Positions 50,241 through 58,801 of a DNA stretch of 58,801 nt are shown piece by piece; the first letter of the stretch is position 1, and each line of letters starts with the position of its first letter. Location of the stretch: NCBI GenBank assembly GCA_002245135.1, contig NGBS01000915.1, positions 1 to 58,801 of the forward strand, in the 5' to 3' direction. Origin of the DNA: Proteromonas lacertae (lineage: Eukaryota). Position numbers and translations under genes: made by a program. The notes under the pieces are model-generated. The model was not told the DNA's origin. It searched no databases and saw only the letters and a program-made list of their open reading frames with translations.

Positions 50241-50744
50241 ATGGGAAAGTGCAAGTTCGAGATCTACTATCCAGTCTATAAGAAAGCAGCTAGTTTAAGA
50301 CTTAAGTTCCATTGCTTGATGGTTAATGCGGTCTCGCGGATGACAACCTGCCTGGACCCTTACAATCTCTTCGGTAAACACTGTGAGTACATCAGCAATA
50401 TCAAGAACGGAGCCTGCCAGATCAACACTTACTTTAATGCTGTGGAGGATAACTACTTTGCTGATCGAGAGTTAACAAGAAGCCTCTTGAAAGATGTTAA
50501 CATCTCCGACAATGAGGTCGATCACTTGCTAGAGCAGTTCTATACTATGAAGGAGAAGTGCGATAGACTAGATAGCAAAGTCATTGCTGAACTGTACTAC
50601 TATGAGGATGATATCGTTAAGCTTCAAGAGAAGTTCAAGGAGATCGTCCAGATAATGGAGGAGTATCTACTCCATACTTACTGTTGGTTGATGATGTTCA
50701 AGAAGGAGACACCGCAAGAAGCTCCTCAATTGAAACTAAAATAA
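50241..50744 (+). CDS. Hypothetical helical element protein (may be the 3' part of a decayed gene starting near 49800)
   Basis: 167-aa ORF in the element's composition. Confidence 0.5.
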   Translation: MGKCKFEIYYPVYKKAASLRLKFHCLMVNAVSRMTTCLDPYNLFGKHCEYISNIKNGACQINTYFNAVEDNYFADRELTRSLLKDVNISDNEVDHLLEQFYTMKEKCDRLDSKVIAELYYYEDDIVKLQEKFKEIVQIMEEYLLHTYCWLMMFKKETPQEAPQLKLK

Positions 50745-50779
50745 GTGTCGATTCATAACCATTAATTGTAAAATTCAAA

Positions 50780-51076
50780 ATGGAATACATACTACCAGTG
50801 TATTTGGTATTAGTCAAGATAGAATCAGAATGTGGTAAGATGTTCTCTAAAACTTGGATAATGGATATGATTCAGATACTGGGAGAAGATATAATAAGAA
50901 AAGACCAGGAAATGGTAGAGCAAGCTATTCATTGGCAATACATGAGAGACAATCCTGAAGATGCAGCTCAAGAAAGAGTAATAAAAAATGCTATGGAAAG
51001 AAGATACAAGGTTCAATCAGAGATAGTGGATCCAAGAGTAAGAAGAATGTTGAATCTTCCAGATGATTTAGAATAG
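50780..51076 (+). CDS. Hypothetical protein
   Basis: 98-aa ATG ORF; composition resembles the integrase/protease block. Confidence 0.5.
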   Translation: MEYILPVYLVLVKIESECGKMFSKTWIMDMIQILGEDIIRKDQEMVEQAIHWQYMRDNPEDAAQERVIKNAMERRYKVQSEIVDPRVRRMLNLPDDLE

Positions 51077-51661
51077 AATAAAGATTCTAATTCCTTAAAT
51101 CATTCTATCATTGAATTGTGTTGTAATGAGTTTATTATTATTATATTATGTATATATATATAAAGGGAAAGCTAAATCGAATTCAAAATCATAATCAATA
51201 GGGAAAGCTAAAACGAGTCTAGGTGGGTATATGTGAAAGAATGAGTATAATTGAGTAAATGTGTAACGGTTGGCCAACGGTTACATCTGAGTAGTATAAC
51301 CAATAGTGTAACCGTTTGCAACGGATATAATTACGTTGCTTCCAACCGTTATTGAATAAATTAAGATTGTGTAAAATAGAATTGAGCCTAATAGTCTGTA
51401 GCCCTTACTATATATTATTACAACATATGCCTATCTTCATTTCTGCACGATGAGGTAAATCTTCTCTACAAAAAACAACTACAACAAATAGAAGGAAGAA
51501 AAAATGAAATGACATAATTATAACACAAATGACTATCAAAATGGTAATAAAAACCGATAGTATTTTTGAAACATCAAACAAGTTTGAATAATATTTCTTT
51601 TTTAAATCAACAAAAGACATATATGAAATTAAAATAAAATGTTACAGAGAATGAGCTGATA

Positions 51662-52558
51662 CTATTCTTGGTAATGGATTATCATCACAGCTAATATAAA
51701 CATAATAACACCTAATGACCATACATCACATGCTGGAGTATAAGTACATCGTTGTAATGCTTCTGGAGCTATATATCCTGGTGTACCAACAATCTCTCTA
51801 CACATATATAAATTTAAATATATTATTATTATTATTATATTATACTTTTCTGCATTTTCACCATATATCATTCCTGATCCAAAATCACTTATTTTTACAG
51901 AAGCATCTGATTCTGTTGATGCAAACATAATATTCTCTGGTTTTAAATCTCTATGTAAGATTCTATTGGAATGAAATGATTGTAAGCCACTACAAATCAC
52001 TTGGATAATATGAGATGCATCAGCTTCACTGTATTTACCTTTCTTTGATATTCTTTCGAATAAATCTCCTCCACTGAGATATTCCATTACAATTTGGATT
52101 AGAAATTCATCTTCATATACTTCATAGGTTTGACATAGAGATGGATGACTTCCTATTCGTTTCTATTACAATTAAAATAAATATTTTAATAATACACTGA
52201 TAGTTTTTAAGATATGTATTTCATGTTGTAAATCATCTTCTCCAGTTTTATTCTTATTTATTATCTTTATTGCATATCTTTGCTGTGTTATTTTGTGTAT
52301 TCCAAGTCTTACGATTCCATATCTCCCTTTACCCAATATATCTCCCAAAATGAAGTGATTGTATATATTTCCCATTCCACATAAGGTAACTGGATGATTT
52401 ATTAGAATTATTAATTGGTGGATATATGATAATGCGTTTAACCATTCATTTCGATCATCTTCACTCGATGATTGTAAATGCCATATTTTGATTGGATTTC
52501 TATTGGGTGGAATTATTGAGAATGAATAAGGGAACTGTTGTAATACATTTGGCACCAC
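51662..52558 (-). pseudogene. Truncated PH-domain + CAMK-type Ser/Thr kinase
   Basis: PH C-terminus (WHLQSSSEDDRNEWLNAL), LGKGRYG, YAIK, HRDLKPEN, DFG, GTPGYIAPE, DVWSLG. Lacks the start and the subdomains after IX; contains short introns. Confidence 0.8.
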
Positions 52559-52559
52559 T

Positions 52560-52930
52560 GAATACTACCTTCCATCGTGTCTATGGTCCTGAGTACTACA
52601 AGGCATCTCCTTCAGCAAGTGTACTCCGATACTACTTACTTAACTGCTTCAACATCTTAACTGTGATCAATCGCCTGGCTAATGTTACGAAGTCCCTTAA
52701 GGAGTTCATCAATAAGTATTACCTACTCGGTAAGGAGATAGTTGATCGTAGAACTCACAAGGCCCAAGAGATTCTATTATCCTCCGTCCATATAATCCTC
52801 CGCCTCTAATTCAACAGCATCCATTGGTAAGCCATCAGAGAGAATGTTATTTCTTACAAGACAACGCCAGCATACATAAAAGTAGGAATACCACAGAATA
52901 TCTTCAAAGGAACGGTTGGAAACCTATCAT
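52560..52930 (+). mobile_element. Short GC-richer fragment of the pPolB-element family
   Basis: Abrupt composition change; replaces the 5' end of the kinase. Confidence 0.45.
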
Positions 52931-53048
52931 CAGATTAAATAGAAAGAGATATGTAATTTTATATTTTCAAAAAAAGATATTATGAAGTCTTTATTTATTT
53001 GTAATTTTATATCCAGAGATTGATAAAATTTTTGTGATGGATTAGTAA

Positions 53049-54776
53049 TTAACAATCTCTATAGTAATACTTTCCATATACATAAAAGTTACAATATTTA
53101 TTTGTATTTGTGAAATTTTGTTTTAACCTCAACATTGAATTAAAACCATCATAAAAATATTTGCTGAATGTAGCTGAGTATATTGGATTTAAATGAGACA
53201 TTGAATCATATACGCTTATATTTCCTATTCTACAAGGGCATATATTATTTTTGCATATCTTGTTATTTAATGATATATAGATTGTGTTATTTATATCTGG
53301 CAGTATTTTAGGATAAATAGTAACATTAACGCCATTTATGGTAAAACAGTTACTATTTCCTTCTTCATAACATTTTAGGCATGTATTTTGTCGTTGTAAA
53401 ATTGGAGTATCTTCGATGTATAATATTTTAGAAATGAAAATACTAAAATAATTTATTATTTTTATTATTTTTGCTTTAGTAGTCTTATTAACACTTGTTG
53501 GAAATGGTGACATAACAAAACTGAATATAGCTAATATCCAACTTATTTTTCTTTCTGAAAAATATTTAATATAAAGTAATTCACAATTATCTTTTCCTAA
53601 ATGACAGTAAAAATAGTGCATCATTATTTCATGTGATTTGGTATAGGGAAGTAAAGCTGGTATCCATTGTTCTAAATGAGAATCTCCAACTAATAATTTA
53701 TTATTATCAGTAGTATATTCACCCTTATTTAAATGGCAATGATTACACCACATTGCGTAAGATGATCTTATTGCAATTTTTACCATATTTATATTATTGT
53801 CTTTTCTTTTCTTTTTCATTGCAAAATGTAATATATTAGCTATATAAGTTAGTAAAATAATAATTATAAAACTTATAATTTTACCATATTTATTAATATT
53901 TTTTTCTATTAAGTTATAACATAATATTGATACAATAAATGATAATGATAAGTTATGTAGTATGTTATGTATATATATACAGAATATATAATGATATAAA
54001 TATAGAGAATAAGAAATTTGCCCTATACTAATAACAACACTATTATACATTACATAATGTGTATTGGATAATGTATTATGACAAGTTATATAGGATAGTA
54101 TTGCTGCAATTATGACATTTATGAAAATATGATATACTGTGTAAATGCTTATAGAAATTACTAGAATTATTATTACATTCATATTTATATATATAGATCT
54201 ACTAAAAATAAAAGGGAGAAAATAATACCACATTCTATTAAATGTATTATAATAATATGTATTATCTGCTTTTACTAATTCACATATAAAATCATATAAA
54301 ATTGATAAAATAACCACAACATTCACAATATATAATTTCTTGAATATGGAATTAATTGTCTTATCAAAAATATATAGCTGAAAAATAACAGAAACAAACC
54401 ATAAGTGGTTAAAAGGTGATTAATTTTCCTTATAAAAATAATCATTGTTAATGTTAATTAATCTAATGTTATATGCATAAAAAAATAAATACAATAGGTT
54501 ATTAACATGATATTCATTTATACTATTGTTTTTTATAAGTACAAATATTGTAAAGATAATAAGCATATAATAGTTAGGTGAAATTCTTATATATCTATTA
54601 TATATACTACTAAAAAATTCTTTTGAATTTCTTTTTGATGATAAATAGCCTGATATATTTATAAACACAATTACTCCTATATAGCCATACTTAAAAAGAG
54701 GTATATCATTATGAAAAAGTAATATTAATAATATACAATATCCTTTTAGTAAATCTATATCACATCTATACAACAT
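53049..54776 (-). pseudogene. Acyltransferase-3 + SGNH duplicate with an in-frame TAA
   Basis: Both ORFs are in the same frame; TAA at 54420-54422 stands where copy 1 has AGA. Confidence 0.9.
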
Positions 54777-54983
54777 TTAAATAGTTAATTATCTCTCATT
54801 TTCTTATTTTTATATTTAGAAGAGATGGGGGATGAATTCTTTCAACCTACACTTATTCACTTTTATCTAATAATTTATTAGTTATTTCTGTTATGGAAGA
54901 TGAACTTACTATCATTGCTACATTATAACTGAAAAGAAAATGTATATATAAGCATTGAAATAGGAAAAAATAATATAATGATT

Positions 54984-55261
54984 AATTAGCTGAAATGATT
55001 AGAATATAATAATAATTAAATCTTTCTATATAAAAAAGAAATGTAAAAAATAGGCTTGAGTGAGGCTTGATTCTATATTTTCTTTTTTCATTTTAAATGT
55101 CTTATGATTAATATTAAGTTGTTCTAATCATTTCAGCTAATGTATTTTAGTCTATATCAGCTAAATATGCATTTAGTTTGCTTCAAAAATTTCTAGAAAA
55201 CAAACGGCGCAAATATTCAAAGTATTTATATTAACAAGAAAGTATACTGCAGAGATAGGTT
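54984..55261. mobile_element. Truncated foldback MITE copy within the duplication
   Basis: Reverse complement of 28080-28357. Confidence 0.85.
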
Positions 55262-55447
55262 ATGTAATATACATTAATATTAATACATTTATAACGATTA
55301 ACTCAATAGTCAATTGTTATTATTATTTCTTTATTACAATTGCATTTTTAATAGTTTTTTAAAAATTGCAATAATAATATAGAACTTGTCATTATTACTA
55401 CATTCATATTTAACTATAACAAACACTCTAATAAATTTGCTATTCAA

Positions 55448-56217
55448 TTGTTGGTATATAAATCATTAAAAAGAATAACCAAAAATAATGTAAATATTAG
55501 GATTATAATATATGTTGATGAAAAGAATTTATATTTATTAAATCAAACTTATACGATTAAAATCAAAAGAATTCCAAAAGTAAATATTTTTAATACGCCA
55601 TTTTTTGGCCCATTAATATATGATTCAATGAAAGAATATAAATCCAACTACTTTATGTACATAAACGGAGATATTATTATTACTCCATATATATATGACT
55701 TAATTTTAAGTTTAAATTATTACATAAGAAGAGGTAATATAAAGAAGACTATTTTATGTGTAGCAACTAGAAGTAATATTAATTACACTTCCATAGATAA
55801 TTTTATTTTAAATAATCATTTTAAATTATTTAATAAAGGTAAACTGTCTGGTGCTGATAGTCAGGATGTGTTTTTAATGAGTAGATTAGTATATAAACTT
55901 CATTCAAGTGTATATAATAATCTATTAATTGGAAGAGCTGGAATAGATAATATTATATTAGCATTAGCATTAAAAGATAAAATGATAGATGTAATAGATT
56001 TAACAAATTCTATTGCTGCAATTCATTTAGAAGACTGTACAGAATATAAAACATATTTTGTAAAAGTATAGAAAATTATATTATATTATAGAATCTTAAG
56101 GACTATAAATTCAATACTATGATTGTTCAGAAAAGAATAATTGATTTTGGAAAGACATATTTAATAAAGAAAAAACTACTATTTATAAACAATACATTCA
56201 TATTATTCCATTTCTAA
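55448..56217 (+). CDS. GT-A-like protein duplicate
   Basis: Translation identical to 27270-27893. Confidence 0.6.
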
Positions 56218-56222
56218 AATGA

Positions 56223-57224
56223 TTAGAAATTATTTAATAATAATAATTCAATGGGATAAAGTCCATGAACAAACGCTTTATTATTAATTAAAGTCAGATT
56301 GTTTTTAGTTTTGTATGTTAAATCTGTATGAAGTGATATGTCTAAGTATTTCAATTTGCAATACTTCATAAATAATCCAAACAATGCATCTTCAATCCAT
56401 ACAATAGTTTTTGATGTATTTATAAATGTAAAGATACATGCTATTGATGATTTTTTAAATAAAAAACCAGGACCATATGGATAAGGAGGAAATTGTATAT
56501 ATTTTTCAGTATTATTAATGCATGATATGGACCATTTGTAATTTATATTGCAAGGTAATTTTGGCTTTTTATAAATTGATCCAATAACTGATATATTTTT
56601 TTTGCAATGATTTATTATGTTATATATCATAGTAATATTGAAATATGTATCAATATCTAGTTTCATTATCCATTTTACTTTTCTGCAATTATGGTATATA
56701 TACAAATAGAAACATGACATAATGAGTGAACAATTATAATATGAAGATATTACATTAAAAACTAATAAATCTTGATATATCTTCTTCTCTTTAATTACCA
56801 TACTTGTTACATTCGCATCCGTTGATAAGGCAGATATAAATATATATTTTACTAATTTTATTTTATATAATATCTTTCTCATAATCATTCTTTCATAAAG
56901 GCATTCTGGTCTTGATAATATTCCAATCAATAAATCAGTATTTGAACAAATAATTATATCATAATAATCACATAAAATAATCATAGAATGAGGAATAAAC
57001 GATAAGTGTGGTTTGTATTTTACATTTGGTGAATTGTACTTTGTTTTAATTCTACCACAAGATAGATTATCTGATTCTCTTTTGCAATTTATATAGATAT
57101 CATAGTCTCTCATTATTCTTTTATGAACAATGTTAAAAATGTTATTATTATTTATATATACAATTATACTATTTTTATAAATCAGTAAAATGAAACATAT
57201 AAGTATAATATTAATTTTATTCAT
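56223..57224 (-). CDS. GT31-like glycosyltransferase duplicate
   Basis: Translation identical to 26117-27118. Confidence 0.85.
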   Translation of the reverse strand: MNKINIILICFILLIYKNSIIVYINNNNIFNIVHKRIMRDYDIYINCKRESDNLSCGRIKTKYNSPNVKYKPHLSFIPHSMIILCDYYDIIICSNTDLLIGILSRPECLYERMIMRKILYKIKLVKYIFISALSTDANVTSMVIKEKKIYQDLLVFNVISSYYNCSLIMSCFYLYIYHNCRKVKWIMKLDIDTYFNITMIYNIINHCKKNISVIGSIYKKPKLPCNINYKWSISCINNTEKYIQFPPYPYGPGFLFKKSSIACIFTFINTSKTIVWIEDALFGLFMKYCKLKYLDISLHTDLTYKTKNNLTLINNKAFVHGLYPIELLLLNNF

Positions 57225-57243
57225 TATAACTCACCAAAAAATA

Positions 57244-58672
57244 TTACTTTCTGATAAAAATATCCCCAAAAATGTGTAGTCCATGTTTAATATTCCAATT
57301 TATTTTAAAAAAACTAAGCTCCAAAATATATTCTTTTGTATCCATTAGTTTTACAGCATCTTCAAATGTTATGTTTATGGCTTCAATGATTCTATATGAC
57401 TTTTTCACTTTTTTTGGAACATTAAAATTGCTTAGAAATGACTAAGAAATACAATATGATATATATACATTTTCTCTAAATATATTTCTATATTTTGTTA
57501 AATCTGCAAAATTTATTATATCAGCAATTGTACAATATTTTTCTTTTATTATACTAGAATTTAAGTTTAATTTACATATATATTTAGGTAAAATAAATAT
57601 TCTTCCAGTAATAATTGCTATACTTAATCCAAAGAGAGTTAAATCTTTCTCAATATTTTTATCTAAACAATTATAGTGAAGAATAAAATATCTATTATAA
57701 ATTGAACTATAATAGTCTCTATCATTTAAATCATAGAGTAATAACTCTCTCTGTCTATACTCTTTTTCGAATAGTGTTATTATCCAATTGAAATGAATTA
57801 CAATAATATTATTTTTTTACTATAATATAATTATTTAGATATGTTCATACTCTCTTCGATGTCATCTTTGTAAAACAAACCAAATACATTTTTCATCACC
57901 CATCCTGATATAACTTTATTAGTTGATAAGCGATATACTGTTAGATTAAACTTCCCAGAATTAATATTTTCATTAATAAATCCTTGATCAAAAGTGATTT
58001 TACCTCTCAAAAAGTCTTTTGATTCTGTTAAATTATTAAAAAATAGTTTCATTTTGTAATTAGAGTTATAGTAACTTTTTAACAATATAAAAAATTTATA
58101 CATAAAACCTGCGCATATGTCTTGTTTTGAAGGTACTTCTTGTTGTGCAACTATATCATAATTTTTGTGTTGCATTATCAAGGGTAAAGGATTTTTAAAA
58201 AAGTACAATATCTGAATCTATTACAAACACAGAATAATTATTATTTAATAAATATTTGATTAGTAACATTCTGGTCATTATGAGGGTGTTATAATCTTTA
58301 TTAGAAAATACAACATCTTTAGTTTGATTTATAAATATTCTGTTTTTAAAAACATATGGCGTGAGTTTCTTAGCATGTAAATATGATTGAAGATCATAAG
58401 CAATAACTAAAATGTTTATTAATTTATTCTTTAATATCGATACATACCAAAAATTACTAAATTGTGGTATAAATTTATTGGAAATGGTAGTAATAATTAC
58501 TGTGTGATTATATGCTATTTTTTGGAATACCAGCAAAGAACAATCATCAAAAAAATAAATACATATTTGATTATTGACAGATAATTTATTGTGTATTATA
58601 TAGAAAACATAAAAGAATAACAATAAAAAAATAATTCTGTTGTTAAAAAAAGCAAAAAAAATAGTACAACAT
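57244..58672 (-). CDS. GT77-like transferase duplicate, with homopolymer indels
   Basis: Reverse complement of 24670-26097. An extra base in the A-run near 58197-58202 shifts the frame. Confidence 0.75.
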
Positions 58673-58801
58673 AAATTATAATTACTATTTATTTTATGTT
58701 ATTCTAGAATATTTATTTTTATAAATGTATGTAACTAAAATAAACAAGTTGTAACATTTGATGATGTAACTTAACTTCATCAATTCTTAAAAAATGTAAC
58801 G

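Larger units (their letters stand above)
46670..50745. mobile_element. Second large GC-richer segment of the pPolB-element family with orphan ORFs
   Basis: 46681-46800 is an inverted homolog of about 22677-22795. Same composition; intronless ORFs. Confidence 0.65.
53004..58801. repeat. Segmental duplication, copy 2 (inverted; runs off the window)
   Basis: Reverse complement of 24541-30336. Confidence 0.97.

Overview
AT-rich eukaryotic DNA with very short (about 25-50 nt) GT-AG introns, compatible with a Blastocystis-like protist (inference). Positions 1-10.7 kb hold two ordinary host genes: a 7TM/RGS-like receptor and a large coiled-coil protein. The rest is a rearranged accessory island with five components. 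(1) A cluster of surface-glycan enzymes: GT77-, GT31- and GT2-like glycosyltransferases, a fucosyltransferase, OafA-type acyltransferase-SGNH, a methyltransferase, DUF229-like proteins and GDPD. At least 5.8 kb of it is duplicated in inverted orientation, with one divergent patch. (2) An intact-looking hAT transposon plus hAT relics. (3) Five copies of a TGTTG...CAACA foldback MITE. (4) A GC-richer element encoding a protein-primed-type PolB, ending in a 194-bp hairpin, with orphan-gene fragments scattered across the window. (5) A separate Polinton/virophage-like block with an rve integrase and an adenain-like protease. This block carries two tandem, self-closing, T7-terminated hairpin units that resemble adenoviral VA RNAs. 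The strongest novelty candidates are the hairpin-ended pPolB element and the VA-like RNA pair. All family assignments come from recognising motifs by eye; no database searches were run.
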